64,000 nucleotides of DNA from NCBI RefSeq assembly GCF_009914755.1, contig NC_060941.1. One strand, given 5' to 3'. The position numbers and the translations under genes were made by a program. This DNA is from the human T2T-CHM13v2.0 reference genome, Homo sapiens. Shown here piece after piece: positions 1 through 14,826 of this stretch. The notes below the pieces were generated by a model. The model searched no databases. It was not told the origin of the DNA and worked only from the letters and a program-made list of their open reading frames with translations. Each line of letters opens with the position of its first letter. Positions within the stretch are counted from its first letter, which is position 1.

Positions 1-719
1 CCAGTGCACGGAGCCAAGGGCTTTTCCCCTCTGAGCTCTGGGAGGGAAGGGAATGGAGCTCTGGGTTTGAGATGTCATGGCCTGTGATAGTCAGTTTGGT
101 TCCTGCCACTAGCAAGTCCCCTGAAGCTCCCAACCCAGCCTGATGTTAGCCCAGAAGCTCCTGCTCTGGCCAAAGACTCCTATCCTTGAGGGCTCTCAGC
201 CACTGCTCCAACACACTTGCCCCCTTCCTGCTTGTGTATGTCACTTATCCTCCTTTGTCCACAAAGACTTGAGGGCCTCCTGAGTCTCCAAGCATGGAGG
301 AATATCCATGCCAACATCCCTGCCATCAAACTCAATCCATTTTCTTCAGAGATACCTTGTCTGTCACCAGCCTCCAACTTCATATTCCTTCCACAGGCAA
401 CTGTGCACTTGACCCAAGGTAAAATGAAAGGGCTGCCAATCACTCGGACTCCAGAAGGTGCCTGCCCTGAGAAGAGCTGGCATGTTACCTCCCACATACA
501 TTTCCTGTCATCCTGTCCGAATCTGGGAAATTTTGCTCTGGAGTATTTTCAAGAAAGCGCATTGTGTTTTAATGAAGTATTTTTCAGGGTTCCAATGTTA
601 TTTTTTATAAATGCAGCATTTTAATGGCAGATTCAATATGAAGGACATGTCTTCCTGGGCTCTATATTTGATTTTGGAAGGCAGCATACTCTAGGAGAAA
701 AAAAGCATAGGGCTGAGGC

Positions 720-830
720 TCTGAAGACACAGCTTCCAGCCCTGGCTTTGTCTCCGAGGGGGAGTCATGTTCCCCACTCAGTGCCTCAGTTTCCCCATCT
801 GTAAAATGAGGGGCTTTGACTAGATGAGCT
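720..830. mobile_element. MIR fragment
   Basis: MIR core motif ctcagtttccccatctgtaaaatgaggg. Confidence 0.7.
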
Positions 831-2158
831 CTGAAGTTTCATCCAGCTCTTACACTGTAGGGCTTTCATTCCCTGCCAGCACCTGCTCTCCCCGTTCCTC
901 CCCACCTCCACTGAGCTGCACACATCCCACAATGCCTGCCCCACAGCGATGTCCTCAGATGTCCTGGACAGCCACCGCACTCCTCACTAGAGCCTGGGGT
1001 GGGCCTGATGGGCTCGGCCACCCAGGGATGCCCTCGTACCTGAAGTTTAAGGGCCTAACCATTCAATAGGTCACCAACTGTGTGCCATGGAAGCCCTCTT
1101 GTAAAGACACACCTAAACCATCCTAAGTGACTGTGGAATTCTGGGGAATTCTGAGTTTGGAGTTTCCATTTGGATACGGTCCTTATAGCTGGAGGGAGGC
1201 GGTTCCAATTTCAGAGAGGGAGCTGGCTGGAGAGAAAGGTCTGGAGGTTGGCCCATAAGGGCATGAAGTTTGTACTTGAGGGCAGCTGGGAAATTCATTT
1301 CAAGCTGCAGAGGAACGTGTTCACAGGCTGTTGTGTGGCAATGAATGTCATGATAACCCACTCTGGAATATGTGTCCTGAAGACCAAGTCTGGACACTGA
1401 GGCTCCATTCCAACTGGAGGAGGAGGCATCTCCATCTGGGCTGCTAGGAAGGGGCACTCATCCCATCCTAGTACCTTTGTAGCCCTTCGTCATGACACTA
1501 CCGTCCTCCCGGTGAAGGCTTGTGAAGCAAGAATGGAGAGTCCAAGTTTGTGATATTCAAACCCATCTTGTAAATCAGCAAACACATTAACCTTCCATCA
1601 GTCAGAGAAATAATGTTGTGGCTGTGTGTTTCCTTAATGCTCTCCCTCCTGAGGGAGGAGAAGACCCTGCTCAACTTTGCTGCCCACCCTGCAGTGACCC
1701 CTGAATGCCACACCATGGGAGGACTCATTCATTGGCTTTGTAGTGGCAAATATTCCTCTAGTTCTATAACTCAACTAGACATTTTGTAGTAAAGAATTCT
1801 TGAAATTCTCTAATAAAAAGCAATTCTTACTGTAATATTTTTAGTTTGGGGACACAATTTCCTAAGGGGGGATTAATGAACATTTTTATGCATTAGCCCA
1901 ATTTATGAATTCCATGTTTATTATATGGTAGTACTGATGAAAAGTACCTTTCTATCTGTATCTTTGCAGTTTCTTCGTTACTCATATGTAAGCCTCATGG
2001 TAAGCAGTGCTCTAGTAACTGCTTCTCTGTACAAATCTCATCGTTCTACTTACCTGTCAAAGCACATTCTACATGTACTGTAAACAGATACACTTTAGTA
2101 AGATTTAGTCTTAAGGATTTTTCCACTTTTGTCAGTAACAGATATTTATGGATTAAAA

Positions 2159-2190
2159 AATAAAGCCGTTTCAACATAACGTGTGTCTCT
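2159..2190 (+). terminator. Polyadenylation signal with GU-rich downstream element
   Basis: AATAAA 2159-2164, CA ~12 nt downstream, then GTGTGTCTCT; upstream TGTA (CFIm) motifs. Confidence 0.55.
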
Positions 2191-2540
2191 TTAAGTAGCC
2201 ACATGCTGACTTTTACAGAGTCAAAACCAAAAGTAATTAAAAAGCAAGAAAGAATGTAGAAGGTCATTGGAGTTGGGGGCAGAAACAAAGATTAACTGCA
2301 AATAGGAGCTAGAGAACTTTGAGGGTGAAAAGAGTGTTTTAAAACTGGATTGTGCTGATGGTTGTACAACTGCATAAATTTACTAAAAATCACAAAAGTT
2401 TATACTTGCAATGGGTGACTGTTATGATATACCAATTAAACCACAATAATGCTTTCTACAATGGGTACTATGAGGAATGTGGGAAGACAAGCCTAGGACA
2501 AGTGTCAATGGACAAGGTATACTAATTCAAAGTAGAATTA

Positions 2541-2665
2541 CTAGGTTGGTGCAAAAGTAATTGAGGTTTTTGCCATTAAAAGTTGAAATGGCTTTATTTT
2601 ATAATTAAAAGTTTTTGCCATTAAAAGTAAAGGCAGAAACTTCAATTACTTTTGCACCGACCTAA
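2541..2665. mobile_element. MADE1 (Hsmar1-derived MITE), internally expanded
   Basis: TIRs taggttggtgcaaaagtaattg ... caattacttttgcaccgaccta; gtttttgccattaaaag occurs twice internally. Confidence 0.9.
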
Positions 2666-5244
2666 CAGAAGTTCTGCCTCCTTATCCATCCTCATTTAGC
2701 CCAGAACTATTTAATATTCTTGGACATTAGGTCTTAGTCTGGTCTTTGAGTTAGTTCTTGTAGTTACCATGGATAATTGGAGGACAGCCAGTTAAGTATC
2801 CAGGCCGTTTAACCCAGAGAATCAAATTGCACCATGAAAATTGATTTAGATTTGGAGTTTTGTTCAAGACTCTCTTTTTCTGGACATGTTTTTAATATTA
2901 TTTCTTTGGCACATGTTCACTTTTGCTGTTAAAGTCATCTGTTTTCTGTTTCTGAATTTTCACCAGAACCTCAATACCAGTGGGCTCAGGTTCAGCAAAC
3001 AAAGTTTTGCCAAATGGGACAGTTGTCTAAACACCCAACGTCAGCACCTCCACAGTTCCTAGAATCCACAGTCAGTCACACTCTCTTAGCAACTCCCCAA
3101 CTCCCTTGTAAATAAAACTCTTCTCATTGAAGGCATTGGACTTATTTCCAAAAATCCTCTCATTTTCTCCTGTCATTGGCATTCATTACTTAGGACAAAG
3201 TTACAAACCTGTTTATTATTGTACATTATAACCCATAACCACACATACTCTGAAATGTATTTACTCATTACAACAATCACTATAGCAGTGCAATTACATC
3301 TAAGTTATAGTGTCTCTAACCTATTATGACTCATAGCTAGTACACACACACACACACACACATACATATATGACAAGTACAGGAAAGCTTCATTAATCTA
3401 TATCCATTATTGGAAAGAACCCTCATCCTCCCCCCAAAAAAAACCCAAATTCTGAATTGGGGAATTTTTTTTAGCGAAGTGTAATTTAATTATAATGCTT
3501 AAACATACATATAATGACTAAATTAGACTAAAACATGTTCCCTAATAGAAACTCTCAGGAAATATTCCTTATTGAATATGTAAGAATAATATGTGACTAA
3601 AATTAAAACGGTCAAGAGGTATGGGTCAGAGAGCTCTCAATATGCTTAATGGTGCTTCTAAAATACTTTAAAAGACTATTTTCTTAAATAGGCTAAATAT
3701 CTCCCTTTAAATATTCTTAACTTTAACAATTTGTTCAACTTTTTCTCTTTGGTCCTCAAAGGTAAACCTCCATTCAGACCCTGACCACAGCTGTCACTAA
3801 TTCCAAATTCGTGAGATCTGAATAAATGAGGTTTTAATACACCATCATTAACAAGTCAAGGCCAACAAAAAACTCATGTTGGAAGCTGAGACTCTGGGAG
3901 TTTTGGACAGCTTTCCGCCTGCAGTGTCACTTTGAACACTAATTTTCTTCTTTCTCCTCTCTGGTTTAGCATGAGAATGAAGCTCAAAACTTCTAGGGAG
4001 TAGCAAGAAAGATTTCCTTCAAGGATCTAAGAAGACCTCGGACACTCACTATTTAGGCTACAAATGTTAGGAATGGAAAACCGAGAAAGGGTTTGGGAGC
4101 AGAGGCTGGAAAAGGGGTGCCTTGAAAGTACCAGAATAAGGGAATCAATGACTTTTATGTGCTGGATGTGTTGACCAATGTCATCTCTGGGCCTTGGTTT
4201 TCTCATCTGTAACCATCGGAGAATTTGATAGACTCAAGATCCTTCCAGTGTCTGATATTTTATCACTTAATTATCACAAAACAATACTCACATTGTATCT
4301 GGGCTTCTAGGTAGCTGAAAGGGCTTGTGAAACACCCATCCTGCTGTCTTCCTCAGCCCTGTCCATCTTAACTTTCCCATCCCTATCAAAACAGGATGCC
4401 GTTGAAGAGTACTGGACTGGAAGTGAGGAGACCTTGTTTCTTGTACTGGCTCTGCCAAAATTTTGTTATGTGATCTAGAAAAACTTATTTCTCCTCTTCA
4501 AATCTCAACATTATCATTTAAAACAAAATGAGTAGTCCAGACGAGGCAGTCTTTAAAATGCGTCTCAGCTTCTTTAGTCTTGGCTTTGGTGACTTTGCCA
4601 AGACTTGACAAGGAATTGGGGAGCTTAGCTGGTGTGGATCATGGCAGAAGGGTAGAGTGGATGTGGAGAAGGAGAAAACCCTTAGCTGGAGCCATCACGT
4701 ATGAGGTAGTATCTTCCCAGTTGTCAGCATGGTCTACCCTTGTGTCAACAAATCGCTATAGAGGAAGCAAAAATATTGAATGAGAGGAAAAACAAGGTCC
4801 TCAGAAAACTGTCTCTTTTGTTTGACTTTTTTGTGATTTCCCAAAATCTACAAACTGCCTTTCAAAGAAATTTCAAATAATACATTTTCACAGAAAGTTC
4901 TCAGCAGTTCATTATTTTACAGTGTTTTGCCATTAGAAATAGAGCTCATATGTGTGTGCAGGACCAGCACTCTCTCCACAAAGAAGAGAGAATTTTTTTT
5001 TTTTTTTTGCCTCCAGCCTCTATCCAAGTTCTGGAGATGTGTGGCAAAGGTAGAATACTAAGGCTTTTGCCCTTATTCCCAAGTGTGTGTACCTTAATGC
5101 TTCTTTCCTGGAGCATTTAGAAGAGCTACTCTTACTGTTTCACCACGGCAATCATGGAGAAGATCTCCTCTGCTACATAAGGCAGGGGGTCCGTACATTG
5201 TCTTTATTTTAGACTTAGAGAAAACTAAAAACTGTCATCTAATC

Positions 5245-5430
5245 CAGTGCTACTCAAAGTGCGGTCGCTAGAGGAGAAACATCAGCATTTCCTGGGAGCT
5301 CATTGCAATGCAGATTCCCAGTGCCCACCCCAGACTTTCCTAATCAGAATCTCTGGGGGTAGGGCCCTGGAATTTGCATTTTAACAAGATCTTTAGGTGA
5401 CTCTATGCACATTAATGCTTGAGAAGCATA
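5245..5430. mobile_element. MER5-family hAT-Charlie element
   Basis: cagtgctactcaaagtg...atgcagattcccagtgcccaccccagac...ttgagaagca. Confidence 0.75.
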
Positions 5431-5659
5431 CCATTTTGCCTTTTTTTTTTTCCAGTTTTGAAATTTTATAACCCCATGACAAAAATAAAGACTTGGATCT
5501 CTGGGGATCAGAGTAGCCTTGGTCTATGTAGCCTGACGATTTTAGGCAACCAGCTTCAGTGACAAGATTAGAACAAAAATGGGTGTACAGAGGATTAAGC
5601 ATTTAGGAAATGAGGAGAAAGCTGAGGTAGGGTGTATAAACTCAAAAAGTTTAATAGAA

Positions 5660-5964
<305 letters not shown>

Positions 5965-7905
5965 TTAATAGAAGAAAAATTATGTGGCTATTGGACAGCA
6001 TCATAAAGATGAATCTCTAAGGATTCCCCAAACCAGAGTGTCAAAATTTAAAGTCAATGGAGAACAAGGAAAGGATGGGAATACACAACAAGATCCATTT
6101 CCTCAGGCACAGCAGGAGGACAGAGTGGGCAGGGCTGCTCCAGTGCAGCTTCTCGGGAAGGCAAAATGGCGGCCACTATGAGAGATGAGGAGAAAGGGCT
6201 GCTCAGGGTGGTTTTCCTGGAGGGTCCCAATCTTCTTGGTAGTCTATGAGAGGGAGTCATTGAATCAGGCAGGATAAGGTGGATTCTGCTATGGTGATAA
6301 ATAACTCCCAAACTCCTTAAGACACCAAAGGATTATTTTTCACTCCCACTCTGCTGTAGATCAGCGAGGACCTCTGTGGTACTTCCCCATCCTTACTCAA
6401 AAGCCCAGAAATAGGGAAGCAGCCTCTATCAGCAATGTTACCATCGTCCACGGCAGAGAAGAAAGAGAACTCTAGGGGGCCCCACAAGGACAATTAAATG
6501 GCAGCAGAGAGTGGCACATACCACTTCTACTCACATCTTCTTGTATGAATCTGGCCACACGGACCTACCCCACCAAAGGGGATCCAAGAAGTGTGATTCT
6601 ACCTTACTGCAGGATAATGGAAAATATCCAGTGAGCAGCACCAATGACTACCATAGTCACCATGTTGAGTTTAGAGCAAAAGATTGGGAATTTATGATTG
6701 GGAAGGTCCCCTTCCCTATCACCATGATAAAACCATCAAAGTGTTCTTTTTTAAGGCAGGTGAAACATTTCTGCAGCCGACTTATTATATATGAAGCCAG
6801 TGGTTTCAGAGCATGTACACTGAACAACCTCTTTATGATAAGACATCTATGAAGTGTTGAGAAAGTATCCCATAAACAGATCATCTGTTCTTCAGTTCCA
6901 ACCTCAGGGCTCCAGACAGGACAGTGGATATGAAATGCTAACAGTAGATTCTGTGGAATCGCATCAAGATATTCTCCTACAACATGTAACGATTTCACAC
7001 TGTGGTGGTTTCTACCCACCCCCCTTTCCTTTTGCCATACTCTTTTCCTCACTACTCCAAACAACAGTCACCCTCCATCTACTCTGCTCTCAGGGAAAAG
7101 GTAGTTAGACACCAGAGGAAGAAGTCTTTGTTCAACCTTGACTTTCAAAATAGACTTTTTTTCAAGCCCACAGGGCAAAAATTGTCATGTAATTGCAAGA
7201 GCCTTATAGTAGAAAGAGAAAGTGTTTTCTCTGACAATGAAAGCTGACCTTTTAGTATCAATGAGCCAAGCTTGGAAAGCTTGAGTTTTTACAATAAGCC
7301 ACAGAGTAGACAGCATATAGGATATGGTGGAAGAGCATGTCCTGCTATACAAGGCAAAGAGAAATATCCTCCTGCACTGGGGAAAAACCTCAAGTGGAAT
7401 CAAAGAAGGCAGAAAGAAAGCAAGATATGTGAATCCCTGAGATGTCCTGATCACCCACTATGGGGTGGGCTGGTAGGGAAAGAGGGAGCGGGGAAAGTGG
7501 ACAACTGAATCCTCCAGATAGATTGGAGAATCTGAGGGTAGAACACATTTCTGCCTGGCTTCCAGCCTAGATCTTAGGGAGGTAAATTCCTAATGAATGT
7601 TCCATGCCATCATGACAGTGATGGAAACATGGAAACAGCAGTGAGACAGGACTACTGTCTGTCAGGACAGAGAGACGGTCCTTCACTCAACCCCAGACTT
7701 CCAGAGCTCCTAAGTGATACCCAGAAGACAAGTACCCTGGCTAGGAATTTAAAGGCTATCTCCAAAGACTGCATATCTCAGAGCTCACAACAGCAGAAGA
7801 CCACCATTACAGAGAAATGAAATGAAGTACAAATCTACATATTTGAGTTACAGCCATAAAGTGTAAAACAGGCACATCAATATCCTAAGACCCAAAGTCT
7901 TTCAA

Positions 7906-8260
7906 GAGTGGTTCTCAAACCTTTTGGTCTCGGGATGTCTTTACACCCTTAAAAGTTATTGAGGACCACAAAGAGCTTCACTTGTGTGGGACTTAACAAA
8001 ATACAATTATCATACTCAAAATTAAAATAGAGAATTTAAAATGTATGTATTAATTTATTTTACATTAAGAACAGTAAATCTATGATGTGCTAACATAAAT
8101 AACATATGATTATGGGAAATAACTATATTTTCCAAAAAAAAGAATTAGTAAAAAGAGTGGAATTGTTTTACATTTTTTGCAAAGTTCTTTAATGTTGTGC
8201 TTAGTGGAAGATAACCAGATTCTGATGTCTGCTTCTGCAGTTACTCTCTTGCAGTATAAC
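7906..8260. mobile_element. hAT-Charlie DNA transposon fragment
   Basis: Terminus gtggttctcaaaccttttggtctc...gaggaccacaaagagc typical of Charlie elements; right boundary approximate. Confidence 0.55.
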
Positions 8261-9495
8261 ATCTCGTGCAGCCCCCAAAGGCAGCCTGGTGAACACAGGA
8301 GGAGGAAGGGAAGCTCCAACAGAGGAAAGAGAAAGAAGCCCATTTTCCCCCTGCCACTGGTCAGCCCAAAGTAAAACTGAGTTGAGGGCTGGAAGAAGCT
8401 TTAGTTTTACAGTAATTTGGAAGCTGTTAATATTACAATGGTCTGGGACTACTAATTATTAGGCTGGGAAATTACAAAATGACTTTCTATTTTCTAACAA
8501 TAACCTGAAAAGTAGGGAATGGAAAAAAGGAATGAAATTTCTTACTGGTGACACACTTGGGTTTACTTGCTTGGCATAATGGTTATACAAGCAAACACAC
8601 CTGGCAAAGGACCTGTGCAAAATACCCCAGATTGAGGAAGAAGGAACGTTGTACTAAAGACTTGAAGGAGGGGCATACAATTACAGGATTAAGGAACTGT
8701 ATGAGATCCTTGATAGACTACAAGAAGAGAAGATAAGTCTTTTACGAACGAGGAACAATCTTCATGAGAGAACAAGACAGGATAGAAAGGAGACGAGATT
8801 CATGGACATCTGGGTCTTTGCCTTCCATCGATCATCCTGGCCACCATCCTATGTCCCCCACACCTCTTGATAACAGACTCCAACCCTACTTCAGTCACCA
8901 GTGTAGGCAATGGCTCAAGCCAGACCAACTGCAGTCTTTTTCTTTAATTTCCAGACAGAAATGTAAAGAGAGAAAATGTCTTCCTTTTCAGGGACTGGAC
9001 CTTAATGATACAAATCTAGGGCTACCATAGCCTTGTCCTACACTATATGGGGAAAGAATGAAGGTGATGAAAGAGGAATAATGATAGCTAACATTCACTC
9101 AATGCTAACTGTGCACTTGGTACTATCAAAGCACTTTGCAGGCATTAACCCACTGAATCCTCATACCATCTCTTATGAGGTTAGAACTACTGTGTGTCCC
9201 ATTGCTAAGGAATTTGCCCACATCCTAAGGAAAAGGAGAAGCCATTGATGGGCCATGGGATGTATGGGAGGAAGATTAAGGTCACCCTTCAGAAGATGAC
9301 TAGAGCTGTCCTGTAGAACATGGATTTGATGAAGTTCATGTTGAAGGGCAGGTAGACCAGTGAGGAGCAGTGTGGTATTATGCTGAGACATGCACCAAAT
9401 CAGAGCTGTAGGTGTGGACTTCAAATTTCAGTTGCAGAGAGCAACATAGTGGTCATTTAAGGATTCTGAGTCATTTTCTGGTTATTTTAAAATTA

Positions 9496-9820
<325 letters not shown>

Positions 9821-10190
9821 TTAAAAATATACACTAATATACTACTTAGCAGTAGCTTGCATTTATCACAAATCCTCTTTCTATTTATCTTCTATCTAGG
9901 ACTGTGATTATTCTGATGTATAGTATGCTTAAAAGTCAGGATTGTGTGTGTGTAAAATGTGTAGATAAAAGAATAAGTAAATATATCAATAAGTAAATTA
10001 TGTTGGCACTGGGTGGTGGGACTCTATCTGATTTATAGTGATTTATTTATATTTCTTTTTATTTTCTATCATTTCTAAGCATACATTATGCCTGTGTTCA
10101 GAAAATAATCAGTATTTGTCATGTTACTAATATCATAGGATCATTATATATAAATCTATAATAAATGCATATATGTATAAAATGTGTGTA

Positions 10191-10679
10191 CATAGATCAT
10201 CCCTGACTTATGGTGGCTTGATTTACAACTTTTTGACTTTACAATGGTATGAAAATAATACATGTTCAGTAGAAACTGTACTTTGAATTTTGACTTTTTC
10301 CCAGGCTAGCCTTATGTGGTACAATATTGTCTTATGACGCTGGGCAGTGGCCAGGAGCCACAACTCCCAGTGAGCCCCACCATCACAAGGGCAAACAACC
10401 AATTCAAGGGCAAGCAACCAGTTCTGTTCTCTACAGTGTACTGTTTTCAATAAATCACATAAGACATTCAACACTTCATTAGAAAATATGGCTTTGTGAT
10501 AGGTAATTTTGCCCAACTGTAAGCTAATGTAAGTGTTCTGAGCATGTTTAAGGTAGGCTGGGCTAAGCTATGCTGCTCAGACGGTTAGGTGTATTCAATG
10601 CATTTTCGACTTACAATATTTTCAACGTATAATGACTTTATCAGGATGAATACCCATCAAAAGTTGAGGAGCATCTGTG
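10191..10679 (-). mobile_element. MER47-family (Tigger-derived) element
   Basis: End ttttcgacttacaatattttcaac...gttgaggagcatctgt with a related left terminus. Confidence 0.75.
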
Positions 10680-11304
10680 CATATGTGCATGCATTCGTGT
10701 ATGTGTGTGTGTGTGTAACAAAATAACTAGAAGAAAACTACTCCAAATTACTAACGGTGTTAGTGAATCTTGGTAATTTTTAAATTTCTTTTTACTTTAA
10801 TGTATTTCCCAGTTTTCCATAATAAGCATGCATTACTTTTTTAATGGAAAAAACAAAATTCATTCTTTTAATATTGAAAAGTAGTGAGGTTGGAGGGCTC
10901 ACTTTAAACAAAGATGCCACACCTCCCTGAAAATGGAGCAGCAAATGTTTTGGCCATTCTCCAGCAGGGCCTTCTACATAAAGAAGCCACAATACTCACA
11001 TGATGGTTGGCTTAAATTAGGAAAACTCAGTGGAACTGGGAGCAACTCTACTGAGCATCCACCTTAAGGTGGATCTTTGCCCCCTTTTTCTTTGTTTCCA
11101 GGGCAGGGCTTTTATCACTGGATAATTAGCTCTGCCTTTTTTGTAAAGTACTTCTAGCTGTGACTGGGGAACTGGTGGATTATCAGTTGCAACAGGGCCA
11201 GGTGGGCTGGATGAATGTCATGCCCTCTCCAGTCTGTCCAGACCCCATCACTCCCTACTGGATTCCTTATAAGTCAATTACTACTGCCTTTAAAAAGAAT
11301 TCCT

Positions 11305-11602
<298 letters not shown>

Positions 11603-12928
11603 AGAATTTCTATGCTATCTCTGATCTTAGCCTAATATTATATTTGTTAGAGCCTTTAGGAGGTGGCGAGTACCACGTCAAATTAGAGAACAAGTCCCAT
11701 CTAAAAAGAGCTGTATTTATCAGCTGCAGCCAATCATTATAAAACAGAAATGCCAGCCCAAAATAGCCTCTATTTCATATTTTTAAAGGATTAAAAGACA
11801 CTGATTTTTAAATGATGTTAATACATTTGAAAAAAAAAAAAACACTTCCTGGGCCAATGAGTTCTAGCTAAATACAATAGCTTTGTGAGCCATGATTTGA
11901 CTAGTCAACTAAAAAAATACATGACCTCCAAGTCAAATAGTCAGTACTAGGATTCCTTGTTTTCCCATATCTGTAGCAGCTCTTAACCACTGATATTGAA
12001 TTCTATGCATGGCACCTATAATTCTGAAAAATAGGTCCGGTGCCCATAAATAAGTAATACCTTGACCCAAAAAGAATGGCCAGGGCATTTCAAGAACCCA
12101 CAAGATCATGGACCAGAATTGTTAGATATAAACATCTCCTTTGGATATTGAAAATTGTGGATGCAATCACACTTCCTGGTAGGTCATGAGATTTAGGTTT
12201 TTAGAGTAGAAAGTATTGGCTACATAAAGGGTCATTATACAATACCGGGCAGAGCATAATCTATACGAGCCTTTGACAGAGCTTTGAGCAGGCCTTGAGA
12301 CATTTTCCTTACTTCCAGGATGCCCTTTTAACAGACCAGTAAAGCTCTGGAAGATTCTGAGCCGGACCAGTCTTTGTTTTCACTGTGTAGCTGTGAGACT
12401 CCTGGGAAGCTATGTCACCTAGAAAAAGTCATTGTAGCAGTAAATTGAAATCATGTCAAAATATAGCAGAAAGAGAAAGATGAAATACCAAATCCCAAAC
12501 ATCTAAATCTCTCCGCAAACTGTCACCTCTAACTGCAAAATCTTAGAGGGAAATACATGCAACCAGAAAAGAACAAAGTAAAGAAGCATTTATGATTATC
12601 TAGGGCAATGTAGAATTTTAGTGAACTAAATTTAATCAGAACACTCAGGCCTTAATAGACCTAGGCAACTCCATTTCAAGGCATGTTCCAGGTGAGCTTA
12701 TGCTAACCATGGGGGAGAAAGATCTCAAAGGAAGAAAGGCCAAATAGGAAAAAAAAAAAAAAAAAAAAAAAAGGCAAAAAGGCCTGCCTTTCTTCTAGAA
12801 AAGAATACCTCCAGCCCAGTTTCATTTATCCAATTCTAGCCAGCAAGCATGTTCAACAAGTATTTGTGTTCGGGCAGTGGGATTGGAGGGAAGATGGGAG
12901 AGTGCAGTGTGGAGAACCAAAGTGAAAT

Positions 12929-13482
12929 TGTCGGAGGTCTTTGAACCAGAGCAACTCCATCTTGAGTATGGCTGGGTAAAATGAGGCTGAAACCTTCTGG
13001 GCTGCATTCCCAGGAGGTTAAGGCATTCTAAGTCACAGGATGAGACAAGAGGTCAACACAAGATACAGGTCATAAACACCTTGCTGATAAAACAGGTTGC
13101 AATAAAGAAGCCAGCCAAAACCCATTCAAACCAAGATGGCAACCAGAGTGACCTCTGGTCGTCCTCACTGCTACACTCCCATCAGTGCCACAGCAGTTTA
13201 CAAATACCATGACAATGTCAGGAAGTTACCCTATATGGTCTAAAAAGGGGAGGCATGAATAATCCACCCCTTGTTTAGCATATAATGAAAAAATAACAAT
13301 AAAAATGGACAACCAGCAGCCCTTGGGGCCGCTCTGCCAATGGGGTAGCCATTCTTTTAGTCCTTTACTTTCTTAATAAACTTTTTTTCATTTTACTCTA
13401 TGGACTTGCCTTGAATTTTTTCTTGTAGAAAATCCAAGAAACCCTCTCTTGGGATCTGGATTGGGACCCCTTTCCAGTAACA
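12929..13482 (+). mobile_element. MER41A-type solo LTR (ERV1)
   Basis: TG...CA, 554 bp, 4-bp TSD AAAT; tttgaaccagagcaactccatcttg start and gggacccctttccagtaaca end. Confidence 0.9.
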
Positions 13483-14774
13483 AAATGGAGGGGGTTGGCC
13501 CCTGTTTTCCCAGAGAGCAATCCTTACCCTCTCTTCTCCTCTTGACACGTGAAGGAAGAGTGTCTCTTGTGGTTCACTCAAAGTTTAACCTCTTTAAAAG
13601 TTCCAACCCCCTAGGACTGGGACTCTGTCCAGGAACTTGTCCAATCCAGATCAGAGGTCCTCCTGTTTTCCATGGGGCACAAGAGGAATAGAGACTATTT
13701 AGAGAGGAGCTGTGAGCTTCCCCTCTCTTGGAGGCCCCACATTCTCAAATTTTCCTGTTAACTTATCGGCTCAACTCGAGCTTAGGCTCAACTATTGGGT
13801 GCTGCTGTGCTTTTGTTGGAAAATCAGTGAAGTCTAGAGAAATCCCACAGTTTTGGCAATACCTTCATGGACCGCCTTCCCAGCTGTACAGATCTCCTCT
13901 GACCCCATGAGGATCAATAAAGAGAGCAACTCACCCCTCACTGCTACTGTGATTGTCTCTTTGATTTTGCTCTCAGAATCTGATGAAAGAGGTAAACCTA
14001 AGACAGTGAAAATTAGGTTTGCCTCCAGGCCACATTAAGCCAAGCATCATTGTCTCTTCTGTTTCTCCACAGAAATTACAATCAGCTCCAACTCCAAATA
14101 AGCTCACCAAACAAGTGTGTACAATATGCACCGGAAAACAATCTGACAATCTAGCCCAGATAGAGCAGCATCTTCCATTTTAAATGTACAAACTTGCTGC
14201 CATCCTATGAGGTTTCACATGATGGGCCTTGCTGCTCCCACTGAAAAAGACAAAATCTTCCTGTCTTCGTATTTGCCAGGGTGCTGGTCAACACATGCAG
14301 GTTATCTGTGTCATCTATGACTTGTGAACACAAAACTCACTTGGGAGAAATCTCCCCATAAAGGGCAGTAGGTAGCACCGGAGAGTGGTAAGGGCTTTGG
14401 CTCCAGAGCAAGGCCACTTACTATCTAGAGACCATATATTTAAACTTTTCATGCTTCAGTCAACCCATCTGTAAAAGGGGATTAGAACTGTCCTCGGTCA
14501 TATGGTTTTTGTGAGGATGAAATAAGTTACTATGTGTAGAGCACTTAAAAGAGCACTTAGCATAGAATAACTCAATAAATCTTAGAAGAAATTGTGACTA
14601 ATTCCCATATAATGGTTGTATAAGGTGTCGTGGGGGTGGTAAGCTATATAAATTTCCTCCTGTCTCAAAGAGTGACCATTCTAAACAATCCTACATCCTT
14701 GCAAAACCTAGACATTTGCAATGGTTATACCTCCTGTCAATCAGAACTTTCTAGAGACTCCCTCATATATTTAA

Positions 14775-14777
<3 letters not shown>

Positions 14778-14823
<46 letters not shown>
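14778..14823. repeat. (TA)n microsatellite
   Basis: ~23 uninterrupted TA units. Confidence 0.95.

Positions 14824-14826
<3 letters not shown>

Larger units (their letters stand above)
1..2460 (+). other. SHISA6: Distal 3' UTR of upstream gene, probably SHISA6
   Basis: No credible coding exon. AU-rich tract ~1730-2170 with several TGTA motifs; AATAAA at 1812 and 2159, ATTAAA at 2435. Gene identity inferred only from recalled synteny (SHISA6 ends ~34 kb upstream of DNAH9, same strand). Confidence 0.55.

Noticed and set aside
217-624. 135-aa + strand ORF
   Set aside because: Starts at TTG, has no recognisable domain, and lies in probable 3' UTR.
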